From Elusimicrobiota bacterium (GTDB taxonomy: Bacteria; Elusimicrobiota; Elusimicrobia; Elusimicrobiales; UBA9959), in contig JAINCQ010000040.1 in assembly GCA_036574205.1 (NCBI GenBank), positions 1-64,000 of the forward strand: a stretch of 64,000 bases of DNA, given 5' to 3'. The notes beneath the pieces were generated by a model. The model was not told the origin of the DNA. It made no database searches and saw only the letters and a list, made by a program, of their open reading frames with translations. The translations under genes and the position numbers were made by a program. Positions 1 to 9,932 of the stretch are shown piece by piece. Each line of letters opens with the position of its first letter. The stretch's first letter is position 1.

Positions 1-24
1 TTCCATTTTGAACCTCAACTTCAT
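1..24 (-). CDS. 5' end of a gene running off the window (MKLRFKME...)
   Basis: Minus strand reads AAAGGAGGG (SD) then ATG at 24..22, open to the window edge; only 8 codons visible. Confidence 0.55.
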
Positions 25-57
25 AATGCAACCCTCCTTTATTGAGGGTTACATTAT
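23..57 (-). promoter_or_regulatory. 14-bp inverted repeat covering the SD and start codon of the truncated minus-strand gene
   Basis: ATAATGCAACCCTC-ctttatt-GAGGGTTACATTAT; the single mismatch is a G.U pair on the minus-strand RNA. Confidence 0.55.
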
Positions 58-169
58 ATAAATTTCAGTTACATTTTAAATGAGTTGACATTTAGCCTTA
101 TGGTTACATTTTACATGATTTGATTCGCAGTATTTTGCTTTTCGCTTATTAGTATGTATAATTTTATTA

Positions 170-952
170 ATGGCAAAGAAATATTCTCTAAAAAAATACA
201 GACCAAAAAGAAGAAGACTTAGGGTATCGCTTCCGTTAAGCAATAAAGGTATCTATATTTTTTTGTCTTTTGTAGCCTTTATTTTTTTTGCAGTTTATAT
301 TACAAACAATGTCTCAAAGATAAAAATTAAAGGTAATATTTTTTCTAACATTATACAAAAGGTAACCATTGATATTGCTAACGATAAAATAAAACAGGAT
401 ATAATGTCCACTCTTTTTATGTATAAAAATACAGTTTATGTAGAAAAAATAAAAGAAGATACCATAAAGTATATATCTCAGAAGTACCCCTTTATTAAAA
501 ATATAACAATTAAATTTAACCCAGTTACAGGGGTATTATCATTAAAAGGAGAGATCTTAAATTCAATTGGGTATATATCAAACAACAAAAAATTCATACT
601 CTCTGATGGTTCTATCTCTCTTTCCTCATATAACAGTCCATCCGAATTAATTGATATCAGATGTAAAAATGAATGCGAATTTTCAAAAAAAGATATAGAT
701 CTGATTAAAAATTTTTTGTCTTATAAAAACAACTTTGGGACAAATTTTTATTTATATTTTTCAGATAATAAAATATATGCAAACGATGACGAAAAATCGA
801 TTATCTGGGGCAGCCATAATTTTTTTAACGAAAAAATGGAGAAAATAAATTATATCGTAAATGATGCAAGAAAAAAAATAACACCTCCCTTAAACATAGA
901 TATGAGATACTTTGAAGAGGGAAGGATATTGGTTTCCCCACAAAAAAAATAG
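170..952 (+). CDS. ftsQ: Cell division protein FtsQ/DivIB-like
   Basis: Basic N-terminal tail, one TM helix, POTRA-like segment (KYPFIKNITIKFN), C-terminal IDMRY motif; immediately upstream of ftsA-ftsZ; divergent sequence. Confidence 0.7.
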   Translation: MAKKYSLKKYRPKRRRLRVSLPLSNKGIYIFLSFVAFIFFAVYITNNVSKIKIKGNIFSNIIQKVTIDIANDKIKQDIMSTLFMYKNTVYVEKIKEDTIKYISQKYPFIKNITIKFNPVTGVLSLKGEILNSIGYISNNKKFILSDGSISLSSYNSPSELIDIRCKNECEFSKKDIDLIKNFLSYKNNFGTNFYLYFSDNKIYANDDEKSIIWGSHNFFNEKMEKINYIVNDARKKITPPLNIDMRYFEEGRILVSPQKK

Positions 953-1083
953 AAATGAACTTTTAATTAAATATGCAATATTGATATTTTTATTTCTCAA
1001 TAAAAGATGCTAAACTGTTATAACTTACTGTTCAAAAAAGCAAAGCGGATTGAAAAATTTTGTAAAATATATACGGAGAATCT

Positions 1084-2328
1084 ATGGATATAGACGAGAT
1101 TATAGCTGCGGTTGATATAGGCAGTGATAATATTGTTGCTGCAACTGGAAAACCAACCACAGATAATAAAATAGAGGTTATCTACGGAGCCTGGAGACAG
1201 TGTAAAAAGGGGCTTAAAAATGGGATAGTCACAAATATTTCGGCTCTGTCAAACACATTTAAGGATTTAATGGATGAAATGGAAAGGGAGTCTGGGAACA
1301 TAAGGATAAACGATCTTTATGTTGGGGTGAGAGGATCTCATATAGAATCGATGAACAATAAGGGTATTTATACCGTAACAAGAACCGATAAAGAAATTAT
1401 ATCTGAGGATGTATTCAGGGTCATAGAAAACGCAAAGGCCATTCATCTGCCAAATGAAAGAGAGATAATACATATTATACCACAGGATTTTTCGGTTGAT
1501 AAAGAGAAAGGATTTGAAAACCCAGTAGGAATGGAAGGTAATATCCTTGAAACGAATGTTCATATAGTCACAGCTAATATATCACATCTCAATAATATCT
1601 CAAAGACAATAGCTAACTCTGGCTTTGGGTTGAAAGAGCATATTTATCATATATATGCGATAGGAGAAATAGTTTTAACAGAAGAGGAGAAAAAACTTGG
1701 ATGCGCAATAATAGATATAGGGGATCAGATAACATCAGTAGCTATTTACTATGATGGGAAAATAAGATTCTCAAAAGATATACCTCTTGGCAGTTACTAT
1801 ATAACCAATGATATAGCATTTGCTCTTCACATCCCTTTTGATGTGGCAAATAATCTCAAAGAGACAAAGGGATACGCAATGAGTTCGCTAATTGAAAACG
1901 AGGAAGAGATAGACATAATCTCAATGGATAGGACAAATAAAAAAAAGGTGTCTACATCAACGCTCGTGGAATATATCAAGCCAAGGGTAGAGGAATTGCT
2001 TGTATCAGTTAGAGAAACTATAAACAAAACCGAATATGGTGGTTATGTAAACGGAATAGTTATTACTGGAGGCGGTTCATTGCTTAAAGGTATGAAGGAA
2101 GCGGTGGAAAGAGTTTTTAAAGTTTCTGATGTGAGATATGGAGGTATAAACACAGATTATGTGGAAATAAAAGATAAAAAATACACACATCAAAAATATC
2201 TGACCGCAATTTCCCTGCTCTGTTATCCAGTTTTTATAAAACCGCAATTGGAGCAATTTTTAAATACCGAGCTTGAATCAAATGGTTTATCAGAGTTTTT
2301 TAAATGGGTTAAAAAACTTTTTTCATAA
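1084..2328 (+). CDS. ftsA: Cell division protein FtsA
   Basis: AVDIGS, IIDIG and VITGGGSLL actin-fold motifs; C-terminal amphipathic helix FFKWVKKLF. Confidence 0.97.
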   Translation: MDIDEIIAAVDIGSDNIVAATGKPTTDNKIEVIYGAWRQCKKGLKNGIVTNISALSNTFKDLMDEMERESGNIRINDLYVGVRGSHIESMNNKGIYTVTRTDKEIISEDVFRVIENAKAIHLPNEREIIHIIPQDFSVDKEKGFENPVGMEGNILETNVHIVTANISHLNNISKTIANSGFGLKEHIYHIYAIGEIVLTEEEKKLGCAIIDIGDQITSVAIYYDGKIRFSKDIPLGSYYITNDIAFALHIPFDVANNLKETKGYAMSSLIENEEEIDIISMDRTNKKKVSTSTLVEYIKPRVEELLVSVRETINKTEYGGYVNGIVITGGGSLLKGMKEAVERVFKVSDVRYGGINTDYVEIKDKKYTHQKYLTAISLLCYPVFIKPQLEQFLNTELESNGLSEFFKWVKKLFS

Positions 2329-2350
2329 CTAACCAGGGTTTATTTAAAAA

Positions 2351-3433
2351 ATGACAAATTTAGACATCTATAATGTGAAAGAAGCAAACATCAAAATAAT
2401 AGGTGTTGGCGGGGGCGGCGGCAATACAATTAACAGGATTGCCTCCAGAATGTTCAAAAATGTAGACCTTATAGCGGCAAACACTGATATTCAGGCATTA
2501 AGAGCAAACTCCGCTCCAATAAAAATATCTCTTGGGATGAAACTGACCAAAGGACTTGGCGTTGGTGGAGACCCTGAAAAAGGAAAACAGGCGGCAATAG
2601 AGTCAATTGTGGAGATAGAGAACTGCATTAAAGGGGCTGATCTTGTTATAATAACAGCTGGACTTGGCGGAGGGACAGGGACAGGAGCTGCCCCGGTAAT
2701 TGCTCAGGTAGCTAAAAAGATGAATGCGCTTATTATGGCAGTTGTAACAAAACCATTTAAAACTGAAGGCGCTTATAAAATGGGGCTTGCGGAAAAAGCT
2801 ATAGAAGAATTAAAACCAAATATTGATGCGATGATAATAATCCCAAACGATAAACTTTTAATGCTGGATACAACAAGCAAAAATGCTTACCAGGAAGCTG
2901 ATAAGGTTGTGATAGAAGCAATAACAGGGATAACAGACCTGATAACCACCCCTTCAATGATAAACGTAGATTTTGCAGATATTGAAAGTATTTTAAGACA
3001 ATCGGGAACAGCCCTTATAGGAATCGGAGAGGGGACTGGCGAAAGAAGACATATGGAAGCAATAAAAAAAGCGCTTAGTTTCCCTCTTATAGAAAATGCA
3101 GATATACAAAATTCAAAAGGATTGATAGTTTATTTTAAATGCAGTGACAATTTTAAGACAAAAGAACAACACGAAGTACTGGATTATCTTAACAAAAAAG
3201 TTTCTAACTCTCAGGTTAAAATAAAATTCGGACAACATCTGGATAACGATATAGCTGAAAATAAAATTTATATAACTGTCATAGCCGCTGGATTTGGTTA
3301 TGAAGAAAAATTTTTGACAAAACCATATTATGAGATATTAAATGATCAGATTGAAAATCAACCACGCCCCAATGAAGAGATAAACATGGCAAAACCCGCA
3401 TATTTAAGAAGGAGAACGTCCATACTGGACTGA
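2351..3433 (+). CDS. ftsZ: Cell division protein FtsZ
   Basis: GVGGGGGN, tubulin signature GGGTGTG, NVDFAD T7 loop, C-terminal PAYLRR peptide. Confidence 0.98.
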   Translation: MTNLDIYNVKEANIKIIGVGGGGGNTINRIASRMFKNVDLIAANTDIQALRANSAPIKISLGMKLTKGLGVGGDPEKGKQAAIESIVEIENCIKGADLVIITAGLGGGTGTGAAPVIAQVAKKMNALIMAVVTKPFKTEGAYKMGLAEKAIEELKPNIDAMIIIPNDKLLMLDTTSKNAYQEADKVVIEAITGITDLITTPSMINVDFADIESILRQSGTALIGIGEGTGERRHMEAIKKALSFPLIENADIQNSKGLIVYFKCSDNFKTKEQHEVLDYLNKKVSNSQVKIKFGQHLDNDIAENKIYITVIAAGFGYEEKFLTKPYYEILNDQIENQPRPNEEINMAKPAYLRRRTSILD

Positions 3434-3435
3434 TT

Positions 3436-4530
3436 ATGATAAATTTAAACCTTCTTTTGAAAATAATGGTTCAAAATAACGCAAGCGACCTTCATATAAG
3501 AAGCGATTCTCCAGTATATTTGAGAATAAATGGAAGGCTTGTGCCTATAAAAGATTCTTTCCTAACTGCAGCTCAATTAAACGAGATGATATTGCCTTTT
3601 ATGAATGAGAGGATTAAGAAAATTTTTAATGATACCCATGAGGCGGATTTCTCATATCAAATGGAAGGAGTTGGAAGGTTTAGATTCAATTATTTTTTAC
3701 AAAAAAATAAGCCATCGGTAGCTATAAGGCATATACCTTTTAAAATTCCCACATTTGAAGAGTTGAAACTTCCAGTTCAGCCGCTAAAAAAATTATCATC
3801 AAACGACAGGGGCTTGATCCTCGTAACTGGCATAACCGGCTCGGGAAAGTCGACAACTCTGGCAGCAATGATAGAATATATAAATAATCTTTATGAATAT
3901 CATGTAATAACCATAGAAGACCCGATAGAATATGTATTTACAGACAAAAAAAGCATAATAAGCCAGAGAGAAATAGGAACAGATACAAACAGTTTTGTAA
4001 GCGCTTTAAGAGTTGCACTAAGACAGGATCCTGATGTAATTATGGTAGGTGAGATGAGGGATCTGGAAACAACTCAGGCAGCCATAACAGCTGCTGAAAC
4101 CGGGCATCTTGTTTTTTCCACCCTGCACACAATGAACGCAGTTCAGACAATTTCAAGGATAATAGATCTCTACCCACCGCATCAACAATTACAGGTAAGA
4201 TTACAGTTATCAGAAACATTAAAAGGAATAATTTCTCAGAGGTTGATTGCTTCTTCAAAGGGCGGACGAATAGTAGCAGTTGAGATAATGATAAACACGC
4301 CTCATATAAAAAAGCTGATTGCCGAAAACAATCTTGACGGGGTATATCAGGCTATAGCAAAAGGCGGTTATTACGGCATGCAGACATTCAATCAGTCTCT
4401 GGTAAGCATATATAAATCAAACCTCGCTTCTCTGGAAGAAGTTGTTGCCGCCGCTTCAAATCCTGACGATGTTCTGCTTGCAGTAAAAGGTATAGAGCAG
4501 GATACTGGCAATACCCAGATAGAACCTTAA
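3436..4530 (+). CDS. pilT: Type IV pilus retraction ATPase, PilT/PilU family
   Basis: ASDLH, Walker A GITGSGKSTT, TIEDPIE, LRQDPD, GEMRD, GHLVFSTLH, GMQTF. Confidence 0.92.
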   Translation: MINLNLLLKIMVQNNASDLHIRSDSPVYLRINGRLVPIKDSFLTAAQLNEMILPFMNERIKKIFNDTHEADFSYQMEGVGRFRFNYFLQKNKPSVAIRHIPFKIPTFEELKLPVQPLKKLSSNDRGLILVTGITGSGKSTTLAAMIEYINNLYEYHVITIEDPIEYVFTDKKSIISQREIGTDTNSFVSALRVALRQDPDVIMVGEMRDLETTQAAITAAETGHLVFSTLHTMNAVQTISRIIDLYPPHQQLQVRLQLSETLKGIISQRLIASSKGGRIVAVEIMINTPHIKKLIAENNLDGVYQAIAKGGYYGMQTFNQSLVSIYKSNLASLEEVVAAASNPDDVLLAVKGIEQDTGNTQIEP

Positions 4531-4541
4531 CGGAGGATAAT

Positions 4542-5261
4542 ATGTTTGCAGAAGGATACATAGGAATAGCCGGAATAATAGGAGTTGGAAAGTCCACCCT
4601 TACGATGGAACTTGCTAAAGCTTTAAACTTTGAGCCGGTTTTAGAGGAAGTAAGCGGAAATCCATACTTAGCAAAATTCTATAGTGATATGAAAAAATAT
4701 GGCACTATTATGCAAATATGGCTCTTAAATCATAGATTCCGTCAGCACAGGGAATTTGTGGCAAGGATAAGTCTGGGAAAAATAAGAGGTGTGGTTCAGG
4801 ATAGAACCATATGGGAAGATACTATTTTTGCAAGGATGCTAAATCAACATCCAGAAAAGATAATAAGCGATATAGATTATAACACATATCTCGACCTTTT
4901 TGACAATATGGTTTTAAGGGAACTTGTTTTCCCTCAGCTTTTGATATTCTTAGATTGCAGTGTTCAAACAGCAATGCAAAGGATAAAAAACCGCGGCAGA
5001 GAAATGGAAAAAACAATTACAGAGGATTATCTTAAAAGCCTTCAGGAGAATTATTACCAGTTTATAGAAGAAATGGAAGACGCCGGGGTTAGAATACTTA
5101 GAATAGACTGGGAGACATTTAAGCCAACCAGCGAAGTAGTAAGACTTGTCAATGAGTATTCTCTCAAGCCTTCAAGTTTTACAAAATGGGTTCGCCCGTT
5201 AAGAAAGCCACCTGATGAGAGCCAATTAAAAACAAAAACTGAAAGCGCTGTTAAGGTTTAA
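4542..5261 (+). CDS. Deoxynucleoside kinase (dAK/dGK family)
   Basis: GIIGVGKST P-loop, NPYL..FY, DRTIWED, RIKNRGREME lid. Confidence 0.9.
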   Translation: MFAEGYIGIAGIIGVGKSTLTMELAKALNFEPVLEEVSGNPYLAKFYSDMKKYGTIMQIWLLNHRFRQHREFVARISLGKIRGVVQDRTIWEDTIFARMLNQHPEKIISDIDYNTYLDLFDNMVLRELVFPQLLIFLDCSVQTAMQRIKNRGREMEKTITEDYLKSLQENYYQFIEEMEDAGVRILRIDWETFKPTSEVVRLVNEYSLKPSSFTKWVRPLRKPPDESQLKTKTESAVKV

Positions 5262-5953
5262 TGATGAGAAGAAATGGTATAATAATAGCGATTGATGGAC
5301 CGGCAGGGGTTGGTAAATCTACTATAGGCAGGATGGTGGCAGAAAGAATAAATTATAAATTCATAAGCAGTGGGAAGATGTATAGAGCTGTAGCCTGGCT
5401 TTGTGTAAACAATAAGGTTGATTTATCTAATGAAGAAGAAGTATTAAAAATTGCTATGCAGTCGGTCATGAAATTTGTTGAAAACAAAACCCCTGAACCT
5501 TCACTTTCAATAAACGGTCATATTCTTGAAAAAGAGCTCTTTGACGAAGAAATAGCCGCCGCAACAAGTTTAGTGGCAAGACTGATGAACTTAAGAAAAT
5601 ATCTCGTAAAACTCCAGAGAGAAATAGGCAAAGATGGCGGTATTATAATGGAAGGTAGAGATATAACAACAAACGTTTTTCCAGACGCTGAATTAAAAAT
5701 ATACCTTGACGCCTCAGCCGAGGCTCGTGCTAATAGGAGAGTGAAACAACTTAAAGAGCAAGGAATCTCAGCAGATTATAACGAAATCCTTGATATGATA
5801 AAGAAAAGAGATGCCCAGGATTCTTCAAGAAAACATAACCCCCTGATGAAATCCCATGACAGTTTTTATATAGATTCAACAAATCTATTCAAAGAAGAAG
5901 TAGTTGATAAAATATTAAACCTTTACAAAGAAACGATGGAAGCCAAAAACTGA
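5261..5953 (+). CDS. cmk: Cytidylate kinase
   Basis: AIDGPAGVGKST, SGKMYRA, MEGRDI, RDAQDSSR. Confidence 0.96.
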   Translation: MMRRNGIIIAIDGPAGVGKSTIGRMVAERINYKFISSGKMYRAVAWLCVNNKVDLSNEEEVLKIAMQSVMKFVENKTPEPSLSINGHILEKELFDEEIAAATSLVARLMNLRKYLVKLQREIGKDGGIIMEGRDITTNVFPDAELKIYLDASAEARANRRVKQLKEQGISADYNEILDMIKKRDAQDSSRKHNPLMKSHDSFYIDSTNLFKEEVVDKILNLYKETMEAKN

Positions 5954-6540
5954 TGAAGAATTTAGCCACATTCTTAATAAGAATTTTTTTAAAAGTTTTT
6001 TATAAAATTGAAGTAGTAGGGATTGAAAACGTTCCTCCTAAGGGAAAAATTATTATAGCCTCAAACCATATATCAAACATAGATCCACCGGCAATACTTT
6101 CCTTTATAAACAAAGTAAGAAATGACACAGTGGTTCTTGCCAAAAAAGAACTATTTAAAAATAAACTTTTTGGAAAATTTCTTAAGAACATGGGGGCAAT
6201 AGAAGTAGACAGACAAAACCCGGGTATAACTCCGATTAAAAAATCAATTGAGGCTTTAAATCAAGAAAAGTGTCTTTTGATTTTTCCACAAGGAACTAGA
6301 AAAAAACAAGACAATGAACCCCAGCCGAAACACGGAATATCCTATCTTGTAAAGAAAACCGGAGCTAATGTACTGCCAGTAAAAATTTTTAATAAAAAAA
6401 ATGGTTCAAAATTAGGTAAAATAATAATTGTATTCGATAAACCTATCGATACGAAAGTTTATGATTTTAGTGATAATCAGTTTTTCGAAAGATTTCCACA
6501 ACTAATCATGGATAAGATTTTATCAATTAATAAGGAGTGA
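5953..6540 (+). CDS. plsC: 1-acyl-sn-glycerol-3-phosphate acyltransferase
   Basis: NHISNID (HxxxxD), AKKEL, FPQGTR. Confidence 0.92.
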   Translation: MKNLATFLIRIFLKVFYKIEVVGIENVPPKGKIIIASNHISNIDPPAILSFINKVRNDTVVLAKKELFKNKLFGKFLKNMGAIEVDRQNPGITPIKKSIEALNQEKCLLIFPQGTRKKQDNEPQPKHGISYLVKKTGANVLPVKIFNKKNGSKLGKIIIVFDKPIDTKVYDFSDNQFFERFPQLIMDKILSINKE

Positions 6541-6542
6541 TT

Positions 6543-7796
6543 ATGGAAAATAGCGAAGAAAAAAATAAAGATTTAATAAACAATAAAGGAGAGGAAATTA
6601 CGAAAGGCAACGATATTCAGGCGGATGATTCAGCCGAGCAAAAATCTATAACATCAGCTGAAGTAGAGGAAACAGATATAAATGAAGAAATGACCATGGA
6701 GGAGATACTTAAATCTGAAGAAAATATTACTGAAAAACTTTATAATAGAGAAATAGTATACGTAAGGGTTGTAGATGTAAGGAGCGATTATATATATGTT
6801 GACATAGGTGAAAAGAACGAAGGACTTATACCTGTAAAAGATTTTGAAGGGTTCAAACTTCCAAATATAGGAACCAAAATAGTTGCAGTATTAGATAAAA
6901 GAGGAAATAGTGAAAAAAACGCTATACTTTCTTATAGAAGAGCTAAAGAAGAGATAATGACTAAATGGATTGAAAAAGCGTATATGAATAAAGAAAGGGT
7001 AAAAGGGAAAGTGGTTCAGCATGTAAAAGGCGGGTATCTTGTCGGTATAAATGGTGTAAATGCTTTTATGCCTCTTTCTCTTTCAGAATTAGGTGGAGCA
7101 CCAAGACATTATCTACCGATAAATGCAAAAATCAAGTTTTATATAACCGAATTTGACCCAAAGAATAAAAAGATAATAGCTTCAAGGAGAGCGGTTCTTG
7201 AGGAAGATGAGAAACAAAGAAGGGAAAAAATTATATCACAAACAAAAGAAGGAGATTATACAAGGGTTGTTGTATCAAAAATAATAGACAGCGGAATATT
7301 TGTAAGATATCAGGGTATTGAAGGTTTTGTAAAGCTTGAGGATGTTGACTGGAAAAATCCTAAAGAAAGTATAAAGCAATATGCAAGAGGGCAGAGAATA
7401 AAAGTTAAGGTGCTATCCATAGATAGGGAAAAACAAAACATAAATTTTGGGATTAAACAGACAAAGCCAAATCCAATAGATATATTAAAAAGAAAATTTC
7501 CGATGCGCAGTATAGTAAAAGGGAAAGTGATTGAACTTGGCGAGAATTTTGCAAGAGTCCATATAATCGATGATGTGTATGGAGTTATATCAGAAGAGGA
7601 TTATAGCTACGAAGGAGCACCTGAAAAAGATAGCGTTATAGATTTGGCTGTAATAGGGGTAAATCCTCAAACATATGAACTCAAGCTTTCTATCAAGAAA
7701 TATGAGCAGATAGAGAACAGAAAAAGGCTTGAACAGTATACCAGACAAACGCCAAAGATAACACTTGGACAATTGCTCAAAGACGAAGGCAAGTAA
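6543..7796 (+). CDS. rpsA: 30S ribosomal protein S1 (about four S1 domains, short form)
   Basis: Repeated S1 motifs (VDIGEKNEGLIP, VKGGYLV..NGVNAFMPLS, QGIEGFV); cmk-plsC-rpsA context; SD AAGGAG before ATG 6543. Confidence 0.8.
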   Translation: MENSEEKNKDLINNKGEEITKGNDIQADDSAEQKSITSAEVEETDINEEMTMEEILKSEENITEKLYNREIVYVRVVDVRSDYIYVDIGEKNEGLIPVKDFEGFKLPNIGTKIVAVLDKRGNSEKNAILSYRRAKEEIMTKWIEKAYMNKERVKGKVVQHVKGGYLVGINGVNAFMPLSLSELGGAPRHYLPINAKIKFYITEFDPKNKKIIASRRAVLEEDEKQRREKIISQTKEGDYTRVVVSKIIDSGIFVRYQGIEGFVKLEDVDWKNPKESIKQYARGQRIKVKVLSIDREKQNINFGIKQTKPNPIDILKRKFPMRSIVKGKVIELGENFARVHIIDDVYGVISEEDYSYEGAPEKDSVIDLAVIGVNPQTYELKLSIKKYEQIENRKRLEQYTRQTPKITLGQLLKDEGK

Positions 7797-7818
7797 AAAA
7801 CACTTTAAACTTTAAAAA

Positions 7819-9402
7819 GTGAAATTCATTCTTTTTGCAAATATAATTATACTTACAGTTTCAACTAAAACATCTCTCTTTGCCTTTGTATCCAAAAATC
7901 AAAATCACACTCAAAAAACCGTATGGGAAAGGATAATGGAAGAACAAAGTTATATCAATATAAACAAAGGGGTTTATTACCTCAACTTGCAGGACTATTC
8001 AAAAGCATCAATAGAATTTTTAAAATCAATAGAAAAAAATCCGTCTTCCATGGCTTATGCCCTCTACGGCGCTTCGTTATATTGGCTTGGAGACAATAAT
8101 GGAGCGTTATTAAATTACGATAAGGCGATAGATATGGATCCCAAAAACGATGTAGCCTGGCAGTTAAAGGGGATTTCTTTTGCAAGGAATATGGAACTTG
8201 ATAAAGCGCTTGACTGTTTTAAAAAAGCGCTTGAGCTAAATCCAAAACGATCTGATGTTTTGATGAATATAGGATCGGTCTATTTTTCAATGAATAATAT
8301 TGCTCAATCTATTATATATCTAAAAAATGCCATAAGAGTGGATGACAAAAATCCATTACTTTATTATCAATTGGGACTGGTATATTTTAACATGGGAGAT
8401 TACGAAAACTCAATAAAAAATTTTAATATTGCATTAAACAATAAACCTGACTATGAAGATGCAGCCTTGTGGCTTGGTATATCATATGAAAAAAACGGCG
8501 AAACTGAAAAGGCAATAAAAATGTATAAAAAATCCATTGAACTTAAACCATATGACTTTTTTGCAAGATACAAGCTTTTAAGGCTGATTAAATTGAAAGG
8601 CAATGAAATGCGTGATAAAATCTCACCATGCCTTGAGCTTGCGCCAGATAATGATAAAGGTGGTATAGGACTTCAGATATCATATTCTATAAATAAAAAA
8701 AACGGAGAGGATATCTCATCAAAGCCAGCGATAAGAACATTATATGATAATATAATGAAAATTGACAGGGATGAAGAAGCAATAATTAACATTGATATAA
8801 TAGAAATGGAGAATATCACACTTGAAACCAAAAAAGAAGGAGAACTTGAAAAAAAATTTTTACAAAAATATAAACCTCTAACATATAGGATCAAATCAAA
8901 AACATATGAAATAAGTTCAGATATTCAAAAAAGAGAAAAAGCCATTCAGATAGCCAGGGAGATAGAAAAAGAAATAGTTGAAGGCTCAAATTACAGGATC
9001 AATTTCAATATACAAACAAAAAAAACAGCTAAAATTCTTTCAGAAGAAAGAGAGTTAACATACATACCAAGAAATGTCGGAAATGATATGGGTTTATGGA
9101 TAATAGGCAACCCATGGATAAGCGTCATAGAAGAAGATATAGAAAATGATAAAGACCAGAACCCTTTTATTAATGCTCTTGGTTTCTTATTGATCGGCAA
9201 CATAAAAAGTTCAAAAAAAGCTTTTGAAGATGCTTTTAGTTTAGATCCTTTTCTTTCATACCTGGGTAGCGGAGTAATAAACTATCTTGAAGGGGACAAA
9301 GAAGAGGCTGTCAAAAATTTTGAAAAGGCTGTTAGTATAGATCCTAAAAATAAAACTGCAAATAAAAATCTAAAATGGATTAAAGGAGGAAAATGGAAAT
9401 AA
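7819..9402 (+). CDS. Exported tetratricopeptide-repeat protein
   Basis: Signal-peptide-like N-terminus; several TPR units (e.g. AWQLKG...ALDCFKKALELNP), plus C-terminal TPR. Confidence 0.85.
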   Translation: MKFILFANIIILTVSTKTSLFAFVSKNQNHTQKTVWERIMEEQSYININKGVYYLNLQDYSKASIEFLKSIEKNPSSMAYALYGASLYWLGDNNGALLNYDKAIDMDPKNDVAWQLKGISFARNMELDKALDCFKKALELNPKRSDVLMNIGSVYFSMNNIAQSIIYLKNAIRVDDKNPLLYYQLGLVYFNMGDYENSIKNFNIALNNKPDYEDAALWLGISYEKNGETEKAIKMYKKSIELKPYDFFARYKLLRLIKLKGNEMRDKISPCLELAPDNDKGGIGLQISYSINKKNGEDISSKPAIRTLYDNIMKIDRDEEAIINIDIIEMENITLETKKEGELEKKFLQKYKPLTYRIKSKTYEISSDIQKREKAIQIAREIEKEIVEGSNYRINFNIQTKKTAKILSEERELTYIPRNVGNDMGLWIIGNPWISVIEEDIENDKDQNPFINALGFLLIGNIKSSKKAFEDAFSLDPFLSYLGSGVINYLEGDKEEAVKNFEKAVSIDPKNKTANKNLKWIKGGKWK

Positions 9403-9932
9403 ACAAACTTATAATAATATTTGACTCATATAAACAAAAAAAACAATTGCTTGAAACAATAATCCTTCCTTATAGGGATTTCCTTGAAGGATATTACTCC
9501 ACAGAAATAAGGAACAAAAAAGAGCTTAAAGGATATGAAGTAATTTACATAGGTGGAGAGAAAAAAATACTTGCTTCTAATGAAATACTAAGTAATGTTT
9601 CATTCAATAAATATGCTGTTTCACTTGATACAATAGAAGAAATATCTCATAAAATTCCAGAGTATATCACCACCCCACATAAAATCGTGCTTATGGAGGT
9701 GGGAAGTATTTTTCTTTTGAGTCAAAGATTCATCAATAACCTTATAAAAGCACTTGCAAGTGATAAAAAGGCTATTATATTTGCTAAAAAAACTAAGGAG
9801 ATAGAATTTACACTCAAAAAATTAGATGATTCATTAACTATAGAGCTTACAAAAAAAACTTTGAAAGATGTAAAAAAAATCACGGACAAATGGCTTGGTA
9901 ACTTAATAAACAGGATGGAAATAAATGAGTAA
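9393..9932 (+). CDS. THEP1/NTPase_1-like protein with degenerate Walker motifs
   Basis: GYYSTEIR..KELKGYEV..GGEKKILA...FNKYAVSLD resembles the THEP1 core; no GxxxxGKT P-loop present. Confidence 0.6.
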   Translation: MEINKLIIIFDSYKQKKQLLETIILPYRDFLEGYYSTEIRNKKELKGYEVIYIGGEKKILASNEILSNVSFNKYAVSLDTIEEISHKIPEYITTPHKIVLMEVGSIFLLSQRFINNLIKALASDKKAIIFAKKTKEIEFTLKKLDDSLTIELTKKTLKDVKKITDKWLGNLINRMEINE

